Origin: Candidatus Kapaibacterium sp.
GTDB taxonomy: Bacteria; Bacteroidota; Ignavibacteria; Kapaibacteriales; UBA2268
Reading direction: 5' to 3'
NCBI GenBank assembly: GCA_963665665.1
Contig: OY762428.1
Location: 4,928,001 to 4,992,000 of the forward strand
DNA length: 64,000 nucleotides
Position 1 is the first letter of the stretch. Each line of letters starts with the position of its first letter. Below, in pieces: positions 19,673-31,100 of this stretch. A program made the translations under genes and the position numbers. The notes under the pieces are model-generated. The model saw only the letters and a program-made list of their open reading frames with translations, was not told where the DNA came from and did not search any database.

Positions 19673-21793
19673 ATGATAAAGAAAGTCATTCAGAGCGAAG
19701 CGAAGAATCCGGTATCGCAAACGGGCTTTATTTCCTTATGGATTCTTCCGTTGATTCGCTCCATCAGAATGATTCTAAAAAACGTTAATAGTATTCATAC
19801 AAAACCGTTTGTTTTCAACTCCATTGGAAATCAAATTAGTTACTGTACACCAAAATTGTATTCTTCATTTTTTTCAGCTTTAATCGTTATTACATTTACT
19901 CCATTCAATTTATTATCCCAACAGCCCGATACGCTTAGCAAAACCACAGATGAGATTAACGTAAGCGCTGACAAACCGGTAAGCTCTCCTGCTATGAAAT
20001 ATAACTCCCTTGTCAATATTGATACGGAAACAATAGAGCGCAAAGCTCCGCTGCAGGTGAATGAAATCCTGGAGCAGATACCCGGCCTGCATATCAAAAA
20101 TTACGGGGGGCTGGGAGGATTGAAAACTATTTCTTTGCGCGGAACTTCATCACGTCAAAGCCTTGTACTTCTGAATGGTATGAAACTGAATTCATCGCAG
20201 AACGGCAGCCTTGATTTAAGCTCGCTGCCGGTTATATTAATTGAAAGTATTGAAGTAATGAAAGGCGGAGGCTCTTCGCTTTTCGGTAGTTCTGCTATGG
20301 GAGGCGCAGTTAATATTCAGTCGGGCAATATCACAGACAACTTTTTACTACTTAATATCAGCGCGGCATCTTTCAGACAGTACTATTTTGGCATTAAAAA
20401 GGGCTGGGATTCCGACAATTATTCAACCGGAATATTGGCGGAATATGTGAACGGAAAGGGTAATTATCCTTTCATCATTAACGAATACGGCAAGGAAACT
20501 GAGCTAATTAGAAAAAACGGGGATTTCAGCAATCTGTCACTTGGTTCGACTTTCAATTATAAAAATACCGGAACATCAATAAACGCTTTGCTGCTGTTCC
20601 GGGATAGCAAACGAGGCGTTCCGGGCGCTGTAATCCCTGGAAACGCTATCCTTTCTGATTCAAGAATGACAGAACAGGAAGTATTGTTCAATACAAACAT
20701 AAAAAATGATATTGGAAACGGAGTATGGTCCGAATTATCAGCATTAACACGATTAAATGAAATGCAATACTGCGATCCGTCGCAACTTCAATACGATCCG
20801 GTGACCGGACTTGACAACCTGTTTACAAACAGGGAAGTATTAATTAAACCCGGGCTATATTATATCGGGGATTCTTTCCGTATAGACCTGAATTTGGAAG
20901 GCTCCTACTCGGATTTGCGCGGAGATATGCTCCAGGAAAACACCGGCAACATGGTTTCAAGGCGCTCGTTTGCCATTGCCTCCGGTTTCGAGAATTATTT
21001 CATTGATGATTCTGCTCAGGCACTGTCATTTCAAACCAGTGTCAGGTTCGACGCCGTCAGCGATGCGGGAAATGCTTTCTCGCCAACAGCCGGGTTGATC
21101 TATTCTTGGAAAACAATTCCTGTTAATTTCAGGGCTGCTTTTTCCGGCAGTTTCCGCGCCCCGAGTTTTAATGAAATGTATTACCTGAACTTCGGAAATG
21201 ACGATTTGAAACCGGAAAAGTCAAATTCCTTCAACTTTGGAGTTGATATTGTTCCGTTTGAATTTATCCAAATCAGCTCGGATGCTTTCCTGATAACAAC
21301 AAAGGACAGGATTATTTCAATTCCGATCAGCCCTATCCAGTGGAGTTCAAAAAACCTCGGAGAGACAAGATCAATTGGATTTGAAGTGAGTTCTTCAATA
21401 GATATTATGGATATGCTGAATATAAATCTTTCATATACCAGGCAGGAAGCCACAAACGAAACCGACGGCGACAGAGACAAAGGGAAAATACTGGTTTATA
21501 CCCCGCAGGAATTACTGGCGATAAGGCCGGAATTCAATGTATTTGATATTACAATTATCGGAGAAATAAACTACACCGGATTTACATATTTCCAGACTGA
21601 TAATTCAATAAATTCACTTATTCATTCCTATACCCTGGTAAATATATCTGTAAATTATGATTTTCAACTTCTGGGAATGAATACTTCGCTTAAGTTATTA
21701 GCTGACAATATTTTTAACAAACAGTATTCTGTAATTGCAAATTATCCCATGCCTGGCAGGTTATTCAGGCTGGCGATGGGATTTAAGATATAG
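19673..21793 (+). CDS. btuB: TonB-dependent receptor, BtuB-like vitamin B12 transporter
   Basis: Plug motifs LEQIPGL, ISLRG, LVLLNG, IESIEVMKGGGSSLFGSSAMGGAVNI; SFRAPSFNEMY; C-terminal YPMPGR; B12 riboswitch. True start uncertain because the 5' end contains a REP-like palindrome. Confidence 0.85.
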   Translation: MIKKVIQSEAKNPVSQTGFISLWILPLIRSIRMILKNVNSIHTKPFVFNSIGNQISYCTPKLYSSFFSALIVITFTPFNLLSQQPDTLSKTTDEINVSADKPVSSPAMKYNSLVNIDTETIERKAPLQVNEILEQIPGLHIKNYGGLGGLKTISLRGTSSRQSLVLLNGMKLNSSQNGSLDLSSLPVILIESIEVMKGGGSSLFGSSAMGGAVNIQSGNITDNFLLLNISAASFRQYYFGIKKGWDSDNYSTGILAEYVNGKGNYPFIINEYGKETELIRKNGDFSNLSLGSTFNYKNTGTSINALLLFRDSKRGVPGAVIPGNAILSDSRMTEQEVLFNTNIKNDIGNGVWSELSALTRLNEMQYCDPSQLQYDPVTGLDNLFTNREVLIKPGLYYIGDSFRIDLNLEGSYSDLRGDMLQENTGNMVSRRSFAIASGFENYFIDDSAQALSFQTSVRFDAVSDAGNAFSPTAGLIYSWKTIPVNFRAAFSGSFRAPSFNEMYYLNFGNDDLKPEKSNSFNFGVDIVPFEFIQISSDAFLITTKDRIISIPISPIQWSSKNLGETRSIGFEVSSSIDIMDMLNINLSYTRQEATNETDGDRDKGKILVYTPQELLAIRPEFNVFDITIIGEINYTGFTYFQTDNSINSLIHSYTLVNISVNYDFQLLGMNTSLKLLADNIFNKQYSVIANYPMPGRLFRLAMGFKI
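19685..19772. repeat. REP-like palindrome inside the 5' end of the btuB ORF
   Basis: gtcattcagagcgaagcgaagaatcc...ggattcttccgttgattcgctccatcagaatga; same family as 13834, 15031 and 22789. Confidence 0.75.
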
Positions 21794-21802
21794 AGGTGTA
21801 AA

Positions 21803-22687
21803 ATGAAGATTTTAATAAATATATTTCTGATTTTTCTTCTTTCCAATGTTTTAATGGCGAATCAGCCCAGGCCTCTGGATTCGCTTGTATCGTATAATTG
21901 GGGAGAGGGACAGAATTTTGGGCAGGACGAAGAATATTTTCCTGAAAATGTTCTCGGGATGCCTGATACGACTGCGAGCGAACAGAAAGCCTGCAATCTG
22001 CCGGAGCAGGTATGCTCTTTGGGAGTGGGGGGGGAGATTGTCCTGGCTCTGAAAAATTTCACTATCAAAGACAACTCCGGGCCTGATTTCATTGTATTCG
22101 AGAACGCTTTCCTTAATCCTGTAACCAATAAAGTATTTGCCGAACCCGGAATCGTTTCCGTAAGCAAAGACGGTATTAACTTTGTTGAATTCCCCTGGGA
22201 TACTGCAACACTGATTGGTTGCGCCGGCCTTGAGCCAACTCTCGGAAGTAAAGTTTATTCTGATTTTTTGAACAGCGGCGGTGATAAATTCGACCTTGAG
22301 GACATTGGCATTGATGAGATTAAATATATCAAAATAAAAGACAATACCGAATTTCTGAAAAACCATCCGGAGCACAAATATTACGACCCGATATTGACGG
22401 GTTTTGACCTTGATGCTATTGTGGCATTGAATTACCGCCCGGATATTTCCGATGTTGAGGATAGAAATCAAACAGATATAGCAGTCTATTCGAAAAATAA
22501 CCGGATTATTATTGAAAATAAACAGGAATGCAGGGTTGCGATATACAACGTAACAGGCATGATGATCTCTGAATCAGATATTCAATCAGGAATTTCTTAT
22601 ATCAGTAGCGAACTTGCAACCGGAGCCTACTTTATTGTTTTTCAAACCGGCGCTGCTATATTCACCCGGAAAGTTCTGGTTTATTGA
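21803..22687 (+). CDS. Secreted cell-surface protein with T9SS C-terminal domain in the B12 operon
   Basis: Signal peptide; SLGVGGEIVL, GPDFIVFENAF, EPGIVSVSKDG, GGDKFDLED and GFDLDA motifs; CTD. Confidence 0.75.
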   Translation: MKILINIFLIFLLSNVLMANQPRPLDSLVSYNWGEGQNFGQDEEYFPENVLGMPDTTASEQKACNLPEQVCSLGVGGEIVLALKNFTIKDNSGPDFIVFENAFLNPVTNKVFAEPGIVSVSKDGINFVEFPWDTATLIGCAGLEPTLGSKVYSDFLNSGGDKFDLEDIGIDEIKYIKIKDNTEFLKNHPEHKYYDPILTGFDLDAIVALNYRPDISDVEDRNQTDIAVYSKNNRIIIENKQECRVAIYNVTGMMISESDIQSGISYISSELATGAYFIVFQTGAAIFTRKVLVY

Positions 22688-22788
22688 TATGAAGATAATT
22701 GCTGATAACATGGTAAAATATTCGTCGAAAAAGAAGTGTTGCTTTCTTAGGCAGGAACTTAGGAAAGAGAGCATGAATTTTCAATTCT

Positions 22789-22878
22789 GTCATTCTGAAC
22801 GAAGTGAAGAATCCATTCTTCAAAAACATCTGAAAAGAAAGATGGATTCTTCAGTCACTTCGCTCCATCAGAATGACA
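22789..22878. repeat. REP-like palindrome upstream of the lipoprotein gene
   Basis: tgtcattctgaacgaagtgaagaatcc...ggattcttcagtcacttcgctccatcagaatgaca. Confidence 0.85.
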
Positions 22879-22937
22879 TCTGCGGTAAGTATTCTTCCCT
22901 CATGGGTAAAGCCTTTCTTTTTTTTGAACTCCTTGGA

Positions 22938-24017
22938 ATGACAATAAAAAATTGGAAAACCGGAATTTTTATTTCAATTCTGCTCAGCCTCGCACTGGCC
23001 TCATGTGTACAAGAGCCCACGGATCCTGCGGCAACGGATCAGAATATATATGACAACGCCATGGTATTGTGCGAGGGTATGTGGTATCATAATAATGCCA
23101 GTATTACAAAAATCGACCGTGAAAATTCTGAGATAGTAAACCATTTCTATTCCGCATCAAACAGCGGGCTGAATCTTGGTGACCTGGGAAACAGTTTCGT
23201 TAAATACGGCGATACTGTTTTTGTAGCGGTTACAACATCCAAAACAATTGAAGCTTTCCGTATTTCAGACGGGGCGCACGTTGGCAGGATAGAGTTCAGC
23301 GGGCATAATGCGCCTCGTGATATTTGCCTTGGCCCTGAATTTGGTTATGTTACAGATCTTTACGGCCACAGCATTCACCAGTTTGATCCCAAAAAAATTG
23401 AATATATCAAAACTGTTAAAACCGGCGGCCCTGCCCCTGAGGGATGTGTCTATGCCAATGGTATGATTATTACTGCCAATTCGGGATACGGCGATTACCT
23501 CGCGGAGGAACCCGGTGCCGGAACGATAAGCATATTTGATGACCACCTGAACCTGCGGGATATATTATTTGTAGGGCCAAATGTTGTTGAACTTGCTTAC
23601 AATACCCGAACATATAAACTTTACGCAATGTATTATAATACTCCGTCAGCCAGGGAAAAAGGCGAAAAGGGCGGTATTGTTGAATATAATATCGGCAGCA
23701 TGGAAAAGCTGCGCGAATGGACAGTTGACGCCACTTCCATGGCATTCAGCGCAGGAGGGGATTCGCTGCTGTTTATTTCAGATAAAAATGCGGGGTTTAT
23801 TGATCTGGTCAGCAACAGCGAAGTTAAAATATTAATTGAGAACCCGGATGAAAACGAGAACTGGTATTCCGTTCACCATTCTCCGACAGGCGATTTCTGG
23901 GTTTGCAATGCACTGAACCACCAGCGGGACGGCATTCTTCATATTTATTCTATAGATAAGGTATTGAAGGAATCAATTAACACCGGAGTAAATCCGAGAC
24001 GAGTAATTTTTTATTAG
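22938..24017 (+). CDS. YncE/BtuG-like beta-propeller lipoprotein (cobalamin-scavenging surface lipoprotein family)
   Basis: MTIKNWK...SLALASC lipobox; VLCEG..NNASI and LGDLGNS BtuG-like motifs; the longer ORF from 22614 reads through a REP and is probably over-extended. Confidence 0.78.
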   Translation: MTIKNWKTGIFISILLSLALASCVQEPTDPAATDQNIYDNAMVLCEGMWYHNNASITKIDRENSEIVNHFYSASNSGLNLGDLGNSFVKYGDTVFVAVTTSKTIEAFRISDGAHVGRIEFSGHNAPRDICLGPEFGYVTDLYGHSIHQFDPKKIEYIKTVKTGGPAPEGCVYANGMIITANSGYGDYLAEEPGAGTISIFDDHLNLRDILFVGPNVVELAYNTRTYKLYAMYYNTPSAREKGEKGGIVEYNIGSMEKLREWTVDATSMAFSAGGDSLLFISDKNAGFIDLVSNSEVKILIENPDENENWYSVHHSPTGDFWVCNALNHQRDGILHIYSIDKVLKESINTGVNPRRVIFY

Positions 24018-24022
24018 TGGTG

Positions 24023-24355
24023 TTATCTTAATAGAACTTCAGGTATATTAATTTCAATTCCGGTTTTCAAAATTTCATTTGCCAAAGGGTTTCCGGAATT
24101 AAATTCAAATTTAGTAAACGGGTGCGGTTCAATCCTGATATCCACTTCCCTTCGTAACTTCATAAGTTGCATCTGTAATTCAAATATATTTTCAATATTA
24201 TCAAAAATTATTGCAATATCAATATCGCTGCTCTCGGTTTCAATACCTTTAGAATACGAACCAAATATATAGGCCTCCCTGATTTGCAAATTATCGGAAA
24301 CTTTGCTTATATAAGAGTCCGCAATTTTCAATATTGACTTTTTAACCATTGCCAT
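24023..24355 (-). CDS. Minimal nucleotidyltransferase (MNT, HEPN-MNT antitoxin type), no adjacent HEPN gene
   Basis: YIFGSYSKG...SDIDIAI motif; IEPHPF; 110 aa. Confidence 0.82.
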   Translation of the reverse strand: MAMVKKSILKIADSYISKVSDNLQIREAYIFGSYSKGIETESSDIDIAIIFDNIENIFELQMQLMKLRREVDIRIEPHPFTKFEFNSGNPLANEILKTGIEINIPEVLLR

Positions 24356-24585
24356 AATATTTTAACTTTCTTCCTGTATATTTCTAATATACGAAATAAT
24401 CTGATATTGAGGTAAATATTTAAATATCAACAATATTTACATCCTTCTCTGATTGTATCAGGTATTAAATATTACTGTATAGTATTCATTATAGATTTAT
24501 TCTCTCTTTACCAAGTTGTACCTGGTAATGTAGTTTTCCTATGATTCTGTGCTTAAAAATCCCAAATCGTAACTTTGCGATTCAC

Positions 24586-24620
24586 AAAAAAGCAGGGAAC
24601 ATGAATATTTGTTCCCTGCT
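24586..24620 (-). terminator. Intrinsic terminator downstream of the CxxG peptide gene
   Basis: agcagggaaca/tgttccctgct stem with a T-run on the minus strand. Confidence 0.7.
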
Positions 24621-24714
24621 AAATCTCTAAATTTTATCGGATGATTCATTATAAATATTATAAAGAAAAGTTGCTTATGTAAAAATCATCTACTCAAAAT
24701 AAAAATAATTTACA

Positions 24715-25017
24715 TTATGAAGCACTGTTTCCCGTGTCGCATGCCGTTCCATAAGTTGAACCATCACCGCAACCCAAAAAGCCTGCTGCGCTGAAACCAG
24801 TATTACAATATCCGGAGTTGGGACTACTGCCAGGATCGCAACGACTCAAAGAGACAAAACCGCCTGTTTCACAATATCCGCCGGCAGAGTTCCCAATATC
24901 ACAGGCGTCTGAAGCTCCGCCCGAACTTGCTGCAGAACCGGTAGAACAATATCCAATTGCCGTTTCAGAATCAAAGCTGCGAAGTTTAGGCGCCGAGTAG
25001 GATAGTATTTTTCTTAT
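24715..25017 (-). CDS. Putative RiPP precursor peptide: YxxPxL leader plus seven CxxG repeats
   Basis: (I/M)RKILSYSAPKLRSFDSETAIG leader, then CSTG, CDIG, CETG, CDPG, CNTG, CGDG, CDTG in a Gly/Ser-rich core; GGAG lies 5 nt upstream of an ATA codon (25017-25015). Confidence 0.68.
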   Translation of the reverse strand: MRKILSYSAPKLRSFDSETAIGYCSTGSAASSGGASDACDIGNSAGGYCETGGFVSLSRCDPGSSPNSGYCNTGFSAAGFLGCGDGSTYGTACDTGNSAS

Positions 25018-25176
25018 AAATACTCCATTATTTATTACTAAAACCAATGTATTATAAACAATAATCTGCAATTAAATTTTACTTAATTATGCATAAGCTT
25101 CATAAACCAGATAGTCTTTATCCCTATTTTTCAGATATACCTTTTATCTTGTGTTAAAAATATATTATTTGATATA

Positions 25177-28100
25177 TTAGAAAGCCATTGCTTTCTTTAT
25201 TTCAGCCAGGAACTGTTCCAGAACTAATGGCTTGTCAATTCTTCCAACGAAACCATAGTCCTGATAATTTGAAACTACCGGTTTGTCAAAATGCCCGCTG
25301 AATACTAATGCCCTGACATTATGATCAATTTTCCTTAGTTGCCTGAGTACATCAAGGCCATCAACGTTATACCCGATCAAAGTAAGATCCAGAATAACCA
25401 GGTCGTATTTTCTGCTGTCAAGAGAATTTTGATATTCCTCGACAAGTAATTCCGGATCAGAAAATCCAGTTATTGAAATATTATATTCAAGAAACAGATC
25501 TTCAATATTTTCAAGAATTTCCCTATTATCATCAAGCATCAGGATGGTAACTAAATTTTTGAATTTAAAATTCTTAGAATCTTTTAAAATGTTGTCTTTT
25601 TCAGGAACATTGACAGGTAAAAAGATTGAAAATGTAGTTCCATTGCCAGGTGTTGAATAGACCTTAATTTCACCATTATGTTTTTTGATAATATTATATA
25701 CTGTTGCTAATCCGAGTCCGTGCCCGCCTTCTTTTGTTGTAAAAAACGGCGTAAAAATTTCATTTATTTTATCGGAGGGAATACCAATACCTGTATCTTC
25801 AATATCAATTTGTATGCTATTGCCGTTCAATAACTGATCTTTTCCTTCGTTGATGAGAGACCTGATATAGATATTTCCACCTTTGGGCATAGCCTGGCTG
25901 GCATTAAGTAATAGATTGGTCAGTACCTCATTTATCCTCTTGGCATCAAGAAGTATTTTTGGAATATCATTATAAAGTTCAAATTTCGGTACTATACTTG
26001 TTCCTGTTAATGCCATTTCTGTAGCCTCCAGGATAATTGAATTAATATCAACTGGCTCAAGAACAGGCTGGTCGGTTTTGGAGAATGTCTGGAACCTTGT
26101 TGCAAGTGCTGATGCCTGATCAATAGCTCTGATTATCTTTGCAAGGTGTTTTTCAGACTTTTCAGGCCTGGCTTTTGCGATTTCGGCGCTCAATGCCATT
26201 GCAGTCAGTATGTTTTTAAAGTTATGTGCTATCCCGCCAGCTATTACACCGAGTGATTCCATTTTCGATATTCTTTGGAGTTCTTCTTCATGACGCTTCT
26301 GGTTCAACACCGAATTGAGCATGGGAGAAATATAACTACAGATATCCTCCAAAAAATTCAGATGTTTATCATCAAAACCATTCTTGATGTCAGCAACACC
26401 TATCTGGCCGATCAATTTTTCCCTATAAATTATGGGTACTGCTAAAGCATTCCTTAGCTGAACGTGTCCATCCGGTAGTGATAATCCTTCATTTTGGAAA
26501 ATGCTTTTTTTCGTTTTCAAACTTTCTCCCCAAATTCCACCCCAAACTTCAATTGGAAATTCAATTGATTTGTCAGACATCCGGCATTTATCCCAGATAT
26601 CGGAAGTCATTGACGGGCAAATAAGACTTTGCTGCTCGGTTATATAGCCAAAGTATCCGAATTTACAGTTTAGAAAATCTAAAACAATTTTCAGGATCTT
26701 GTTGAAGACCATTTCTTCTGATCTCAGTACGAATGCATTAGAAATTTTATTTTTGAGAAGGATTTCATCTCTGGATCGTCTGATTTCTTCTTCAGCTTTT
26801 ATGCGGTCGCTAATATCCTGAACAGTACCAACAATATTTGTAATATTTCCTTTATCATCCTGTACGGGCTTACCTATGATATGGAGAGTTTTCTGTTTAC
26901 CAGAAGGCATCACTGCCATTAAGTCCAGATCATAGTCCCTGGCATTCTGTAACGCTTCGATAACGGCAGTTTCCAATCTCTTTGCATCTTCTTCAGTATG
27001 CAATTTCATAATTTCCTCATAGCCCGGAACATCAAGTTCTGGCTCACGCTCGTATATTCTGAAAACTTCATCAGACCAGTAGGAACGCTGCTCTGCCACG
27101 ACCCAATCTACATGACCAAGTTTACCAATTTTTTCGGCTCGCTGAAGTTTCTGTTCTCTTTCCTGCAGCGCATCCTGTGTTTTTTTCAAATCTGTAATAT
27201 CCGTAGAGAAAACAATTATTCCTATAATATTCTCATTTTCATCTTTTACCGGAACTTTATCGGTTAGAAGCCATTTGACAGAACCATCAGACGTAGGAAG
27301 CTGCTCAATATATCCCATTTTGGGAACGCCGCTTTCCAATACTTCTTTATCGTCCTCATAATATTGATCAGCCATGGTGGGGTAAATCTCTGCTGATGGC
27401 TTTCCTTCGATCTCTTCCTTTGGAAGATTGGTCATCTTGGCTACTGTATCGGTGATTTTAATAATATTGTTTTCTGTATCTTTATAAATAATAAAAGATG
27501 GGTCATTGTCTAATAGTATTTTCTGATCGCTGAGCAATTTTTTCATTTTGCTTTCTGCATTCTTGCTATCAGTAATATCTCTGGAAATTACAACTGTTCT
27601 TTTTTCATCTTCAGAATACTGATAAACTCTTCCTTTCGACTCAATATACCTATATGAGCCATCCTTATGTAAGAATCTCCAGACATCTTCACTTACACCT
27701 GAATTATTTGTAAGTTTCTCATATTTTTTTAAACTCGCTTCAAGATCTTCAGGGTGTATTAAATCACTTACCGGCTTTCCTAATAAATCATCAGGTTCAT
27801 ATCCTAATACTTCTTTGTAATTTTGGCTAAGATAGGTATAATTTCCATTTATATCAATTTCACAGATTAAATCATTAATATTATCAACCAGCAGTCTATA
27901 TTGTTGTTCACTTTCTTTCAGCTTTTCTTCTGCTTTTTTTCTTTCGGTAATATCCATAATGATTGAATGTAGCATATCTTTTCCTGCGTATTTCACATTA
28001 GATGAATAGACAGACACATCTCTGACGGAACCATCTGAAAGTTTGTGCTTAAACTCCATATTTTTGATGTCCCTTTTTCTTACCTTTTGTAGTTCCTTAT

Positions 28101-31100
28101 CAATCTCTACCTTGGAAAGTGTATTGATTTCAGAAATTTTCATTTTACGAAGTTCTGTCTGTGACCAGCCATAATATTCAGCAGCCGCTTCATTTGCGTC
28201 CACAATCCGGCCATCATCAGGATCAATCAGCAGTTTTACTGCACTATGTTTTTGGAATAAATTTCGAAATAATGTTTCACTTTCAATCAGCCGTGCTTGA
28301 ACTTTATTTTTCTCAGTAATATCATCTACAATAGCAAGACCAAGGGTAGGATTGCCTTCGGAATCGCGAATAGAACCTGCATGGAGCAGAACATCGATCA
28401 AGCTGCCGTCTTTTCTTATATATTTTTTTTGGATCTCAAATCTATTATTCATACCCTCAGTCATTTTATTGAACTTAGAGCGATTAGTAGTGTGATAATC
28501 AGGATGGGTAATATCAAAGAATGATAAATCAGATAATTCTTCTTTTGTGTAGCCCAGCATATTTTCATAAGCAGGATTTGTAAGTATGAAATTTCCTTCT
28601 AAATCATTGATACATATTCCAAGTGGAGAATTATCGATTAGCAGACGCAGTTTTTCTTCACTTTCTCGAATAATATTTTCCGCTTTTTTTCTTTCAGTTA
28701 TATCATGAATTACTCCGGAAACTTTGCTGGGATCACCCTTTTCGTCTTTTTCTAAAATTGCAATTGAGTGGACTATTCTGGACTCACCTTTAGTTTTGGT
28801 AATTATCTCAAATTCAAGATTATAAGGTTTATCCTTTTCTATCAAATCCATCAAGGCACGATGCACATTTTCTCTTTCCGGAATACATTCTTCTACTTCA
28901 TCTGTAGTAAAATTCTTTGCTCCGGGATCGAATCCATAGATTTTTTTTGCTTCATCAGACCCCCAGAAATGTGTGGTTTTCAGGTTGTATTCCCAATTTC
29001 CAACATGTCCAATCTCCTGAGCTGTTCTATAGCGTTGTTCATTTATTTTAATTTCTTCCTGTATTTTTCTGCGAGCAGTAATATCTTTTACAAAACCCAG
29101 AAAAAGAATATCAGAAAGCTTAACAGCATCTATTTCCCAGAAACGGTTCTTACCCGATTTAGTAACATAACCTATTTCAGCCTGGGCAAATCCCTCTGCC
29201 TTAACTTTTTTGAAATGCTGGATTCCTTTTTCTATCTCGGACTTCTGTAACAGATCGGGAATATATTTTTGAAGTAGTTCTTGTTCAGTATATCCCGTAA
29301 TATCGCAGGCGGCTTTGTTCACTTCAAGATATTTGCCGTTTTCATTGGCGATAAAAATTCCATCTGGAGCATTATCTATATAAGAACGGAATTTAGCTTC
29401 ACTTTCCCGAATTTTATCTTCAGCTTCTTTTCTTTCCGAAATATCAGTCAGTGACCCAACAATCGATATAACATTTCCATTTTCTGAAACCGGAGATTCT
29501 CTAACTTCCACAATGATCTTTTTACCATCTTTCCTTAGCATTTCAAGCTCATAAGTAGGTTGTCGCTTACCAGTTGATAATGCATTTTCCGTGAATTTTA
29601 TTGCTTTATCATTTATTGGATTATCAGTAATGAAATCTTTCCATTTCTGCATAACTTCTTCTGGTTCATATCCAAGTAGTTCTTTAACCTGCGGACTGAT
29701 GAAGGTTAATTCTCCAGCTGCATTGTGTATATAAAAAAGATTGGTGCTGTTTTCAATTATGTTTTTAAGTTTTGTTTCACTTTTCTTTAGTGCTTCTTCT
29801 GCTTTTTTTCTTTCTGTTATATTAATAAAATTAATGATGAAGTAATCGTCGATAAGCGGAAAAGCAGTTACTTCCAGAATTCTATCATATACATCAAAAT
29901 GCCGTTCGTAATTAATTGTTTTCGAGTCAGATATGACGTTACCGTATAAGTCCACCATCTGTTTTAAAGTTGCCTCATCAATAAGTTCAGATGCTTTTTT
30001 ACCTCTTAAGAGATCCAGATCAACCCCTGTATGAGCTTTTACTGATTCATTTAACTGTATGTGTATAAAATCTTCAAACTCATTTTTATCATTTTTTATC
30101 ATCTGGCAAATTGCGATGCCAAATGGTGATTTTTCATAAAGATTTCTAAATTTTTCTTCACTGGTTTTAATTTGTGCTTCCGCTTTCTTTTTTTCTGTAA
30201 TATCTGTACCTACAGCTGTTACAATTCCATTTTTATCTGCTTTTGTTCCAAACCAGGCAATCCATTTATATGTGCCATCTTTACATAAATAGCGATTTTC
30301 AAAGGAAACAACTTCCTTTCCTTTGATCTGCTCATCTTTTTCCTCTGCTGATTCATGCCGATCATCGGGATGAATCAATTCCATAAAGGGCGTTGAAGTA
30401 AATTCTTCAACTGAGTAACCTAAAAATTTTGTTACTGCTTTATTCGCTTCAATAAAATGCCCTGATTGTAAATCTGCTTTTGCTATGATACTCGGTGATA
30501 GATCAAACGTATTTTGCAGCCTCTCCTGGCTAAGTCTGAGTTTTTCTTCTGCTTGCTTCCGATCTGTAATATCTATCCATTGGCAAATCACATTTATCAA
30601 TTCACCATCGGCATTCTGAATTGGAAACAATGATACATCAATCCAGAAAGTTGCAGCCTCTTCAAGGCTTTCAACTTCTGATTTTTCACCTGACCATTCA
30701 ACTTCAAATCTTGCGGGTTCAAAATCTGTAATTACCTTTTTTATTTTTTCCTTTATATCGGGCTTGCTAAGGTTTTTATCATCAAATACATTGTACTTCC
30801 CAACAATTTGTTCATCACTCAGTTTTAATGTATCCCTTAACGCTTTATTAGTTCTTAAAACAGTTCCTTTTGCGTCCGCAATCCACATAGCAAATGGACT
30901 ATACTCCATTGAATTATTAAGAAATGTAGTATGTTTCTTGATCTCCTGTTCCGCTTTCTTACGATCGGTAATATCTGTCATGGTTCCAACCATTCTGACT
31001 GGATTTTTTTCAGAATCCCATTCCATGACTTTACCTTTGCCTTTCACCCATATCCAATTGCCGTCGCCAGTTCTTAAACGGTGGTCCATCTCCCAAAATT

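Noticed and set aside
22614-22937. N-terminal 108 aa of the 467-aa ORF
   Set aside because: Overlaps the upstream gene and reads through a palindromic repeat; the lipoprotein signal begins at ATG 22938
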